From contig QHSL01000070.1 of the NCBI GenBank assembly GCA_003220435.1, positions 5,511-69,510 of the forward strand: a DNA stretch of 64,000 nt, in the 5' to 3' direction. Numbering within the stretch: position 1 is the stretch's first letter; every line of letters starts with the position of its first letter. This DNA comes from Candidatus Rokuibacteriota bacterium. GTDB lineage: Bacteria > Methylomirabilota > Methylomirabilia > Rokubacteriales > CSP1-6. The position numbers were made by a program, and so were the translations under genes. The notes below the pieces were generated by a model. It saw only the letters and a list, made by a program, of their open reading frames with translations. It searched no databases and had not been told where the DNA came from. Below, one piece after another: positions 54,971-64,000 of this stretch.

Positions 54971-56689
54971 TTAGAACAAGAAATAACGCTGAGCCATGGG
55001 CAACACCTGTGCCGGCTCGCACGTCAGGACTTCGTCGTTCGCGCGCACCTGATACGTCTCGGGATCGACCTCGATGCGAGGCAGCGCGTCGTTGTGGATC
55101 ATGTCCCGCTTGCCGAGCCCGCGACAGCGGGCCACCGCGACCGCTCGCCGCGCGAGGCCCAGGCGCTGCGGCACGCCGCCGGCGAGCGCCGCCGCCGAGA
55201 CGAACGTGAGCGACGTGGCGCCGACCGCGCGGCCGAACGCGCCGAACATCGGTCGATAGAGCACGGGCTGAGGCGTCGGGATCGACGCGTTCGGATCGCC
55301 CATCGCCGCCCAGGCGATGACGCCGCCCTTGACGACCAGCTCGGGCTTGACGCCGAAGAACGCGGGCTTCCACAGCACGAGATCCGCGAGCTTGCCCCGC
55401 TCCACCGACCCGACGTGGTCGGCCAGGCCGTGGGCAATCGCTGGGTTGATGGTGTACTTCGCGACGTAGCGCTTCACGCGCAGGTTGTCGTCGCCCGGCG
55501 TCTCGCCGGGGAGCGGGCCACGCTGGCGCTTCATCTTGTCCGCGGTCTGCCAGGTGCGGATGACGACCTCGCCGATCCGGCCCATCGCCTGCGAGTCGGA
55601 GGACATCATGCTGATCGCGCCCAGATCGTGCAGCACGTCCTCGGCGGCGATCGTCTCGGCGCGGATCCGCGACTCGGCGAAGGCCAGGTCCTCCGGGATC
55701 CGGGCGCTCAGATGGTGGCAGACCATCAGCATGTCGAGGTGCTCGTCCATGGTGTTCACCGTGAACGGCATCGTGGGGTTCGTCGACGACGGCAGGCAGT
55801 TTGGCTCGCCGCAGACGCGGATGATGTCGGGCGCGTGGCCGCCCCCGGCGCCCTCGGTGTGATAGGTGTGGATCGTCCGCCCCTTGAAGGCGCGGATCGA
55901 GTCCTCGACGAAGCCGCTCTCGTTCAGCGTGTCGGTGTGGATCGCCACCTGCACGTCGAGCTCGTCGGCGACCCCGAGCGCACAGTCGATCGCCGCCGGC
56001 GTCGTGCCCCAGTCCTCGTGGAGCTTGAGCCCGATGGCGCCCGCGAAGATCTGCTCGCGCAGCGGCTCGGGCGCCGAGGCGTTGCCCTTGCCGAGAAAGC
56101 CGAGGTTGATCGGAAATGCCTCGGCGGCCTCGAGCATCCGGTGCACGTTCCACACGCCGGGCGTGCACGTCGTGGCGTTGGTTCCGGTCGCCGGGCCGGT
56201 GCCGCCGCCGACCAGCGTCGTGAGACCGGCGCTGATCGCCTCGAACACGAGCTGCGGGCAGATCAGATGGACGTGCGCGTCGAGCCCACCCGCGGTCACG
56301 ATCCGCCCCTCGCCGGCGATCACCTCGGTGGCCGCGCCGACGACCATACCCTCGCTGACGCCCGCCATCAGATCCGGGTTCCCCGCCTTTCCGACGCCGA
56401 CGATCCGCCCATCGCGAATCCCGATGTCGGCCTTCACGATGCCCCAGTGGTCCACGATGACCGCGTTGGTGATGACGACGTCGAGAGCGCCCTCGGCGCG
56501 CGTGGCGCGGACGGACTGACCCATGCCATCGCGGATCACCTTGCCGCCGCCGAACTTCGCCTCTTCGCCCGGCGTCGTCAGGTCCCGCTCGATCCGGATG
56601 AACAGCTCGGTGTCGGCCAGGCGCACGCGGTCGCCGGTGGTCGGGCCGTAGAGATCCGCGTACTGCCGGCGGGTCATCCTGAGGGTCAT
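54971..56689 (-). CDS. ureC: Urease alpha subunit UreC.
   Basis: [30 protein letters not shown] and the HxH, carbamylated-Lys region and MVCHHL motifs. ATG 56689 overlaps the ureB stop (ATGA); the ORF extends to 56704. Confidence 0.95.
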   Translation of the reverse strand: MTLRMTRRQYADLYGPTTGDRVRLADTELFIRIERDLTTPGEEAKFGGGKVIRDGMGQSVRATRAEGALDVVITNAVIVDHWGIVKADIGIRDGRIVGVGKAGNPDLMAGVSEGMVVGAATEVIAGEGRIVTAGGLDAHVHLICPQLVFEAISAGLTTLVGGGTGPATGTNATTCTPGVWNVHRMLEAAEAFPINLGFLGKGNASAPEPLREQIFAGAIGLKLHEDWGTTPAAIDCALGVADELDVQVAIHTDTLNESGFVEDSIRAFKGRTIHTYHTEGAGGGHAPDIIRVCGEPNCLPSSTNPTMPFTVNTMDEHLDMLMVCHHLSARIPEDLAFAESRIRAETIAAEDVLHDLGAISMMSSDSQAMGRIGEVVIRTWQTADKMKRQRGPLPGETPGDDNLRVKRYVAKYTINPAIAHGLADHVGSVERGKLADLVLWKPAFFGVKPELVVKGGVIAWAAMGDPNASIPTPQPVLYRPMFGAFGRAVGATSLTFVSAAALAGGVPQRLGLARRAVAVARCRGLGKRDMIHNDALPRIEVDPETYQVRANDEVLTCEPAQVLPMAQRYFLF

Positions 56690-57036
56690 GACGTCCGCTC
56701 CCACGCCGCGAGCTTCGCGAGCGCCTGGTCGCGGCCTCCGCCGTCAGTCAACGCGTTCAGCCCGAAGACACGCCGCGCGCCGGCCAGCTCGACGAGCGTC
56801 ACGCGCTTCTCGTCGCCGGGCTCGAAGCGGACGGCGGTGCCGGCGGGCACGTTCAACCGCATGCCGAACGCCTGAGCGCGATCGAACCGCAGGGCGCGGT
56901 TGACTTCGAAGAAGTGGAAATGCGAGCCGATCTGGATCGGCCGGTCGCCGGTGTTGGTCACGGTCAGCGCGACCGTGCGGCGGCCCTCGTTGGCGATGAT
57001 GTCCCCCTCGCCCAGCACGTACTCACCCGGAATCAC
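56686..57036 (-). CDS. ureB: Urease beta subunit UreB.
   Basis: [46 protein letters not shown] is the canonical UreB sequence. Confidence 0.92.
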   Translation of the reverse strand: MIPGEYVLGEGDIIANEGRRTVALTVTNTGDRPIQIGSHFHFFEVNRALRFDRAQAFGMRLNVPAGTAVRFEPGDEKRVTLVELAGARRVFGLNALTDGGGRDQALAKLAAWERTS

Positions 57037-57064
57037 CGTTGCCCTCCTTCGGCCGAGGCGGAGC

Positions 57065-57367
57065 CTAGCGGATCGGGTGGTGGATGGTAACGAGCTTGGT
57101 GCCGTCGGGAAAGGTGCCCTCGATCTGCACCTCGTCGATCATCTCCGGCACGCCTTCCATCACGTCGTTCCGCCCGAGAATGCCGAGCCCCGTCGCCATC
57201 AGCTCGGAGACGGTGCGTCCGTCGCGGATGCCCTCGAGGATCTCGGCGGTGATGATCGCGAGCGCCTCGGGATGGTTGAGCTTGAGGCCGCGGGCTCGCC
57301 GCCGGCGGGCGACTTCGGCCGCGGTGAAGATGAGCAGCTTCTCCTGCTCACGGGGGGTGAGGTGCAT
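57065..57367 (-). CDS. ureA: Urease gamma subunit UreA.
   Basis: [39 protein letters not shown] is the canonical UreA sequence. Confidence 0.92.
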   Translation of the reverse strand: MHLTPREQEKLLIFTAAEVARRRRARGLKLNHPEALAIITAEILEGIRDGRTVSELMATGLGILGRNDVMEGVPEMIDEVQIEGTFPDGTKLVTIHHPIR

Positions 57368-57390
57368 CGTCGAGCCTCCTGACGCACGGG

Positions 57391-58066
<676 letters not shown>

Positions 58067-58080
<14 letters not shown>

Positions 58081-58849
58081 CGCGCGCCTCGCGCTGGCGT
58101 CCGAGGTAGACCTCGAGGACGCGCGGATCGTTCTGCACTTGCTCGACCGGCCCCTCGCAGAGGACGGCGCCCTGGTGGAGGACAGTGACCTTGCGCGCGA
58201 TCTGCCGCACGAACTCCATGTCGTGCTCGATCACGAGGACCGAGCGGTCCGCCGCGATCGTCTCGAGCAGCTCGCCGGTGCGCGCGGTCTCCTCATCGGT
58301 CATGCCGGCGACCGGCTCGTCCACGAGCAGGAGCTCCGGGTCCTGCGCGATCACCATCCCGATCTCGAGCCACTGCTTCTCACCGTGCGAGAGGGCGCCC
58401 GCCTTCCCGTCGGCCTTGTCGGCGAGCTGCACCGTCTCCAGCGTGCGCGCGATCCGCTCGCGCTCCTCGTGGGCGTCCGGCTGACGGAGCGCGGCAAAGA
58501 CGCCCTTCGAGGCCCGCCGCAGCGACAGCTCGACGTTGTCCCACACCGTGAGGTTCACGAACACCGACGGCGTCTGGAACTTGCGGCCGATTCCCAGCTG
58601 GGCGATCTCGTTCTCGCGCAGCGGCAACAGGTCGGTGTTGTCGCCGAAGATCACGCGTCCGCTCTCGGGCTTCACGCGACCGGAGACGACGTCGATCAGC
58701 GTCGTCTTACCGGCGCCGTTCGGGCCGATGACCACCCGCAGCTCCCGGCGGTCCATGAAGAAGTTGAGGCGGCTGAGCGCCTTGAACCCGTCGAAGTTCA
58801 CGGTCACGTCTTCGAGGTAGACGATGCTGCCAGTCCCGCGGTTTCTCAT
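58067..58849 (-). CDS. urtD: Urea ABC transporter ATP-binding protein UrtD.
   Basis: LYLEDVTVNFDGFKAL N-terminus typical of UrtD, with GPNGAGKTT, LSHGEKQWLEIGMV and LLVDEP. Confidence 0.88.
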
Positions 58850-60078
58850 TGCTCTGAGCTCGGCGGTCGCATCACACCGAGGGTGGCCTGAGAGAGTTGC
58901 GGGCCGGCTCCGCTCGCCCGGTCGAGGACGCCAGGCCTCCGAGCCCGGCTGGAGTCGAGAGCGACCCGCGGCCTATCACCTGGCGAGCCCGGCTCGCCGG
59001 TCCTGGTCAGGAGGCGTCGCGCGCGCGCTGTCAGGCGGCCGAGGGCGCCGACGACTCCGTCGGGGAAGAACAGCACCGCACCCATGAAGAGTCCGCCCAG
59101 GAAGAGGAGCCAGAAGTCGGGGTAGCTCGTGGTGAGCCAGCTCTGGATCCAGTTCACGCCGAACGCGCCGAGCACCGCACCGTAGAGCGTCCCCCGCCCA
59201 CCAGCGGCGACCCACACCACCATCTCGATCGACGGCAAGACGCCGATCTTCGCCGGCGTGATGATGCCGACCTGCGGCGCGTAGAGGGCGCCGGCGACGC
59301 CGGCGAGCACCGCCGACACCACGAACACGAAGAGCTTGTAGGCGGCCGGCGAGTATCCGGAGAAGAGCACGCGTGTCTCGCTGTCGCGTATCGCGACGAG
59401 GACCTTGCCGGCGCGCGTCAACGTGATCCAGCGACAGAGCAGGTACGCCGCGACCAGCGTGACGGCCGTGACCACGTACAGCGCCCGCTGGGTCCCGACG
59501 TGGTTCAGCGGAAAGCCGAAGGCCGTCTTGAAGTCAGCGAGCCCGTTGGTGCCACCGAGGTTCATCTCGTTGCGGTTGAACACGAGCCAGGCGCTGAGCG
59601 CCAGCGCCTGGGTGATGATCGAGAAGTACACGCCGCGAATTCGACTCCGGAACGCGAGGTAACCGAAGGCGAGGCCGAACAGCCCGGGCACCAGCACGAT
59701 CGCGAGCAGCGTGAACGCGCCGCTGTGGAACGGTTTCCAGAAGAGCGGTAGCGCCGTGACCTGGTTCCACACCATGAAGTCGGGCAGGGCGCTCTGGTAG
59801 ACGCTCTTCGACCCGATCTCGAGCATCAGGTGCATTCCCATCGCGTAGGCGCCGAGGCCGAAGAACACGCCGTGCCCGAGCGAGAGCACGCCGGCGTAGC
59901 CCCACAGGAGATCGAGTCCCAGGGCCAGGATCGCGTACGTGAGGAACTTGCCGAAGAGGTTGAGCGTGAAGTTCGAGACCGCGAGAGGCGAGGACGCCGG
60001 CAACAGGTTGCAGACGGGCAGCACGACGGTGAGCGCGACCGCGGCGATCCCGAGCGCCACCGCTTCACGCTTCGGCAT
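58846..60078 (-). CDS. urtC: Urea ABC transporter permease UrtC, with an unusual Arg/Pro-rich C-terminal tail.
   Basis: Branched-chain-type permease core. The ORF runs to a TGA overlapping the urtD ATG (ATGA). The last ~60 aa are low complexity. Confidence 0.82.
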   Translation of the reverse strand: MPKREAVALGIAAVALTVVLPVCNLLPASSPLAVSNFTLNLFGKFLTYAILALGLDLLWGYAGVLSLGHGVFFGLGAYAMGMHLMLEIGSKSVYQSALPDFMVWNQVTALPLFWKPFHSGAFTLLAIVLVPGLFGLAFGYLAFRSRIRGVYFSIITQALALSAWLVFNRNEMNLGGTNGLADFKTAFGFPLNHVGTQRALYVVTAVTLVAAYLLCRWITLTRAGKVLVAIRDSETRVLFSGYSPAAYKLFVFVVSAVLAGVAGALYAPQVGIITPAKIGVLPSIEMVVWVAAGGRGTLYGAVLGAFGVNWIQSWLTTSYPDFWLLFLGGLFMGAVLFFPDGVVGALGRLTARARRLLTRTGEPGSPGDRPRVALDSSRARRPGVLDRASGAGPQLSQATLGVMRPPSSEQ

Positions 60079-61726
60079 TGCGCCCGCGCGTCGCGAAGAG
60101 GCCCGCCGGCCTGCGCTGGAGGAACAAGATGACGGCCACGAGGATCGCGACCTTGCCGAAGACCGCGCCGAGCGCCGGCTCGACGCCCTTGGTGAGGCCG
60201 CCGAGCCCCGCCGACGCGAGAATCGTCCCGGCGAGCTTGCCGACGCCGCCGGTCACGACGACCATGAACGAGTCCACGATGTAGTTCTGGCCGAGCGACG
60301 GTCCGACGTTGCCGATCTGCGTGAGCGCGCAGCCCGCGAGCCCGGCGAGCCCGGCGCCGAAGGCGAACGTCGTCGCGTCCACCACCCCCGCCCGCACCCC
60401 GAGACACGAGCTCATCGCGCGGTTCTGGGTCACCGCGCGGATGCGGAGGCCCGCGCTCGTCCGGAACAGGAGCCAGTACATCGCGGCGACCGACACCGTC
60501 GCGAGCCCGATGATGAACACGCGATTGTACGGCAGCGTGAGCCCCACCATGACCGGCACGCCGCCCGAGAGCCACGAGGGCGAGCTCACGTCGACGTTCG
60601 CCGCCCCGAACCAGAGCCGCAGCCCCTGCTGGATGATCAGCGACGCGCCCCACGTCAGGAGCAGCGTCTCCAGCGGCCGCCCGTAGAGGAACCGGATGAC
60701 GCCCCGCTCGAGGACGAGCCCCACCGCCGCCGCCACCACGAACGAGACGGGCAGGGCCACCAAGAAGTAGGAGTCGAAGTGCGCCGGCCACGCGGCGCGG
60801 AACCAGTTCTGCACGACGTACGTCGCGTAGGCGCCCAGCGCCATCAGCTCACCGTGCGCCATGTTGATCACGCCCATGAGCCCGAAGACGACCGCGAGAC
60901 CGAGGGCCATCAAGAGCAGGATCGAGGCGAGCGAGGCGCCCTGGAACAGGGTCTCCACGGTCCGCGTCAGGAGACCCCATCGCTGGATGCCACGGATCGC
61001 GTGCACCGCGGCCTCACGCTCCGTCGCCGAGGCGGCGGTGTCCGCCGCCAACCGCTGGAGCGCCGGCAACGCGCTCTCCGAGTGGAGCTCGCCGAGCGCC
61101 TGGGCCGCCGCCGCCCGCTGCGCTCCGTCGCCGTTGGCCAGGCGGATCAGCGCCAGCGCCTCGGCGAGCGCGTGGCGGACCCAGCGATCGCCTTCCTTCT
61201 TGAGCGCTTCTTCCACGACCGGCGCCGCGCCGGCGGCCGCCTGGTTGCCGAGCTTGACGGCAGCGCCGCGCCGCACGCCGGGATCGGGGTCGGCGAACTG
61301 CCCCTTCGTCTCGTCGGCGTCGAGGAACGGCTTGATGACGAGGCGCAGGCGACGATCGGCTGGAACCTCCTTCAGCTCGGCCAGCGGCACCGTACCGAGT
61401 GGCTCACGATCGTAGGCGCCGGCAATGTCGATGACGTCCTGGTCGCCGCGGGTGGCCTTGCTGCCGCCGACCACGAGCTCGGTGACGCCGGCGCGCGTGC
61501 GCGCGTAGACGCTGCCGTCGCGGAGCCCGCTGAGGAACTGGATCCACTTCGGGTCACGCGTCTGGCCGATGACGGTCACGGCGGCCTCGCGCTTGTCGGC
61601 GTCGTCGGTCGTGAGGTCCGCCAGCGCGCGGGCGACCTCGGAGGACGGCGGGGCGCCGGCCGCATGGCCCGCCGCTCCCGCGGCGAGCCATACGGTCAGC
61701 GAAAGGAGGACGGTGAGACGGATCAC
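60065..61726 (-). CDS. urtB: Urea ABC transporter permease UrtB, with the N-terminal periplasmic extension typical of UrtB.
   Basis: GTG 61726 (AGAAGAAGG upstream) gives a signal-like N-terminus (IRLTVLLSLTVWLAAGAAG), a ~270-aa soluble region, then the LivH-like permease core. Confidence 0.82.
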   Translation of the reverse strand: MIRLTVLLSLTVWLAAGAAGHAAGAPPSSEVARALADLTTDDADKREAAVTVIGQTRDPKWIQFLSGLRDGSVYARTRAGVTELVVGGSKATRGDQDVIDIAGAYDREPLGTVPLAELKEVPADRRLRLVIKPFLDADETKGQFADPDPGVRRGAAVKLGNQAAAGAAPVVEEALKKEGDRWVRHALAEALALIRLANGDGAQRAAAAQALGELHSESALPALQRLAADTAASATEREAAVHAIRGIQRWGLLTRTVETLFQGASLASILLLMALGLAVVFGLMGVINMAHGELMALGAYATYVVQNWFRAAWPAHFDSYFLVALPVSFVVAAAVGLVLERGVIRFLYGRPLETLLLTWGASLIIQQGLRLWFGAANVDVSSPSWLSGGVPVMVGLTLPYNRVFIIGLATVSVAAMYWLLFRTSAGLRIRAVTQNRAMSSCLGVRAGVVDATTFAFGAGLAGLAGCALTQIGNVGPSLGQNYIVDSFMVVVTGGVGKLAGTILASAGLGGLTKGVEPALGAVFGKVAILVAVILFLQRRPAGLFATRGRNAEA

Positions 61727-63015
61727 GCCTTCTTCTGGTACGTGCCCTGGTACTTGACCCAGTCGCAACCCTTGTCGGGGCTCGTGTACTTGCTCCACGG
61801 CTCCGGCTCGACCAGGCCCTTGGTGCGCGAGATGATCTTGAACTGGCCGTCCTTGAGGATCTCGCCGATGAGCACCGGACGGTAGGTGTGGTGGTTGACC
61901 TCGTGCATCTTGATGGTGCCGCTCGGCGCCGCGAACGTCTGGCCGTAGACGGCCTTGCGGACCGGATCGACGTCGAAGGACTTGGCCTTCTCGACGGCCT
62001 GCTTCCAGATGTACACACCGAAGTAGGCGGCCTCCATCGGGTCGTCGGTGACGCGCTTGTCGCCGCCGGGCAGGTTGGCCTTCTTGGCGTACGCCTTGAA
62101 CGCCTGGACGAACTTCTTGTTGTTCGCGGTCTCCACCGACTGGAAGTAGTTCCAGGCGGCGAGATGGCCGACGAGGGCCGAGGTGTCCATGCCGCGCAGC
62201 TCGTCCTCGGCGACGCTGTAGGCCATGATGGGCGCGTTCTCCGAGCGCAGCCCCTGGTTGGTGAACTCCTTGTAGAAAGGAACGTTGGAGTCGCCGTTGA
62301 TCGTCGACAGCACGCAGGCAGTGCCGCCGGAGGAGAAGCGTTTGATCTTGCCGACGATCGTCTGGTAGTCCTGATGGTTGAACGGCGTGTATTCCTCGGC
62401 GATGTTGTCCGCCGGCACGCCCTTGGCGAGCAGGAACGCGCGCAAGATCTTGTTGGCGGTGCGCGGGAACACGTAGTCCGTCCCGAGAAGATAGAATTTC
62501 TTGTAAGCGCCGCCCTCTTTGGACATCAGATATTCAGCGCCAGGAATCAACTGTTGGTTGGGAGTCGCGCCCGTGTAGAAGACGTTCTTCGAGCACTCCT
62601 CGCCTTCATACTGCACCGGGTAGAAGAGCAGGCCGTTGTTGTTCTCGAACACGGGCAGGACCGACTTGCGGCTGACCGAGGTCCAGCAGCCGAAGACGGC
62701 CGCGACCTTGTCCTGGAGCAGGAGCTGCTTGGCCTTCTCCGCGAACAGATCCCAGTTCGAGGCCGGATCGACGACGACGGGGGTGACCTTCTTGCCCATC
62801 ACGCCGCCCTTGGCGTTGATCTCTTCCACCGCCATCAGCACGACGTCCCGCAGCGAGACTTCGCTGATGGCCATCGTACCGGAGAGCGAGTGGAGGACGC
62901 CGATCTTGACCGTATCCTGCGCCCTCAGGACGCTGGGGAAGCCCACGCCTGCGCCGAGCGCGGCTCCTGCCACGAGCGAGCCTTTCACGAAGTCGCGACG
63001 CGAGAACGCTGCCAT
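61723..63015 (-). CDS. urtA: Urea ABC transporter substrate-binding protein UrtA with a Tat-type signal.
   Basis: Trimmed to ATG 63015 (AAAGGAG 5 nt upstream). MAAFSRRDFVKGSLVAGAALGAG twin-arginine signal, then a Leu/Ile/Val-binding-protein-family fold (IGVLHSLSGTMAISE...). Confidence 0.85.
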   Translation of the reverse strand: MAAFSRRDFVKGSLVAGAALGAGVGFPSVLRAQDTVKIGVLHSLSGTMAISEVSLRDVVLMAVEEINAKGGVMGKKVTPVVVDPASNWDLFAEKAKQLLLQDKVAAVFGCWTSVSRKSVLPVFENNNGLLFYPVQYEGEECSKNVFYTGATPNQQLIPGAEYLMSKEGGAYKKFYLLGTDYVFPRTANKILRAFLLAKGVPADNIAEEYTPFNHQDYQTIVGKIKRFSSGGTACVLSTINGDSNVPFYKEFTNQGLRSENAPIMAYSVAEDELRGMDTSALVGHLAAWNYFQSVETANNKKFVQAFKAYAKKANLPGGDKRVTDDPMEAAYFGVYIWKQAVEKAKSFDVDPVRKAVYGQTFAAPSGTIKMHEVNHHTYRPVLIGEILKDGQFKIISRTKGLVEPEPWSKYTSPDKGCDWVKYQGTYQKKA

Positions 63016-63185
63016 ACCGTCTCCTTTCACCTCAAGGTGGTTGTGGGTCTCTGATCGCGACGTCGCTGGCGCGTGTCCGCGAGCGTCCCTGGCCGCGGAC
63101 CATCGCCACACGAGCAAGGGTTGTACCGATCCCGAGGGCGCTGATTTGTTCGTGAGTTACGGGCGAGTGCGTCCGAACTTGCTGC

Positions 63186-63767
63186 TCAACGCGTAGGCAC
63201 ATCCGAAGCGACTGACTCCGAGACGAGCAGCGCCTTTGCGATCTCCACCATCGGGCGCCGGCTGTCCATCGCGGCTCGTCGAAGGCGATGGAACGCCTCG
63301 TCCTCGGTGAGCTGGTAGCGCGCCATCAGCCGCCCCTTCGCGCGCTCGATGACTTTTCGATCCTCGAGGGTGCGGCGGAGCTCGCGGGTCTCGCGGAAGC
63401 GCGCGACGGCGAGGTCGAGCACCGGGGCCAGCTCGGCGGCGCGGAGGGGCTTCAGGAGGAAGGACATCACGCCGGTCGCGCGCGCGCGATCGACCAGCTC
63501 CTGGCGCGTGTGGCTCGTGAAGAGAACGACCGGGCACCCGGCCTCGGTCAGCTGCCGCGCTGCTTCGACGCCGTCGCCATCCGGCAGCCCCACGGCCGCG
63601 ATGACGACGTCGGGCGTGACGCGCTGCATGAGCGCGATCGCGTCGGCGCAGCGTAACGCCTCGCCGACCACCTCGCCCCCGGCCGCCCAGATCGCGGCCC
63701 GGAGCGACGCGCGCGAGCGCTCGTGATCGTCCAGAATTGCGACGCGCCAGCGTGGTCCAGTCTCCAT
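63186..63767 (-). CDS. ANTAR-domain response regulator (REC + ANTAR RNA-binding antiterminator; AmiR/NasT-like).
   Basis: REC domain (VAILDDHERSR...VVIAAVGLPDGDG), then a C-terminal ANTAR motif (LEDRKVIERAKGRLMARYQLTEDEAFHRLRRAAMDSRRPMVEIA). Confidence 0.8.
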   Translation of the reverse strand: METGPRWRVAILDDHERSRASLRAAIWAAGGEVVGEALRCADAIALMQRVTPDVVIAAVGLPDGDGVEAARQLTEAGCPVVLFTSHTRQELVDRARATGVMSFLLKPLRAAELAPVLDLAVARFRETRELRRTLEDRKVIERAKGRLMARYQLTEDEAFHRLRRAAMDSRRPMVEIAKALLVSESVASDVPTR

Positions 63768-63891
63768 GGCGCCAGCCCTCGCCTATCGCAAGCGAAGTGC
63801 CACGACCCGCGTTCAGGAAATCAGCTAGTTACCGAAAAACACGCTGCGCTCCCCTGCCCATCGCTCTGGCAGCGCTAAGCGTTCTGCCCAT

Positions 63892-63929
63892 CAAAACAGC
63901 ACGGCCCCCGCGAAGATTTCGCCGGGGCC
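63892..63929 (-). terminator. Probable intrinsic terminator for a minus-strand gene that lies beyond the window end.
   Basis: On the minus strand, ggccccggcgaa-atctt-cgcgggggcc (12-bp stem with 1 mismatch) is followed by gtgctgtttt. Confidence 0.4.
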
Positions 63930-64000
63930 GTCGAACGATTGGGGGGTCTGGGGGGCCCTTCGAGGGGTAATAACATACTTGACGCATCACAGGCAGCAGC

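Overview
The window is a very GC-rich bacterial chromosomal segment, densely coding, with many 4-bp start/stop overlaps (ATGA/GTGA). Frequent long ORFs in alternative frames look like high-GC artefacts. I see three blocks.

(1) 1.6-10.6 kb: a glycan biosynthesis and modification cluster dependent on an ABC transporter (Wzm/Wzt). It holds GT2 enzymes, an MBOAT plus an AlgJ-like SGNH pair for O-acetylation, a DegT aminotransferase and a hexapeptide acetyltransferase. A small ORF sits at the head of the minus-strand operon, with a paralogue transcribed divergently from it.

(2) 11.2-49.8 kb: a near-complete exosortase A / PEP-CTERM-type exopolysaccharide locus. It contains a PrsT-like TPR lipoprotein with a strong sigma-54 promoter, two extra sigma-54 enhancer-binding proteins, an outer-membrane beta-barrel, and an EpsB-like priming sugar transferase. 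A fused Wzc (chain-length determinant plus BY-kinase), Wza, a YvcK-like protein, many GT2/GT4 enzymes, a CE4 deacetylase, an AP-superfamily enzyme and a FemAB-methyltransferase fusion follow. DUF362, a Wzy-like polymerase, a glycoside-hydrolase-like protein, a uridine-kinase-like protein and a PMI-type cupin lie just before xrtA-prsK-prsR. Almost all of this is one co-directional gene chain.

(3) 50.5-63.8 kb, minus strand: DUF47 plus a PiT phosphate transporter, urease ureABCEFGD, the urea ABC transporter urtABCDE, and an ANTAR response regulator.

I saw no rRNA, tRNA, CRISPR array, transposase or integrase. The points I consider most worth a second look are listed here:
- the paralogous small-protein pair with a sigma-54-like promoter
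- a triple ~60-bp tandem hairpin repeat wedged between convergent genes
- the sigma-54 promoter of prsT beside a tandem pair of enhancer-binding proteins, one with a degenerate receiver
- several unusual accessory genes inside the PEP-CTERM chain: a FemAB-methyltransferase fusion, a YvcK-like protein, and a uridine-kinase-like gene plus cupin directly upstream of the exosortase gene
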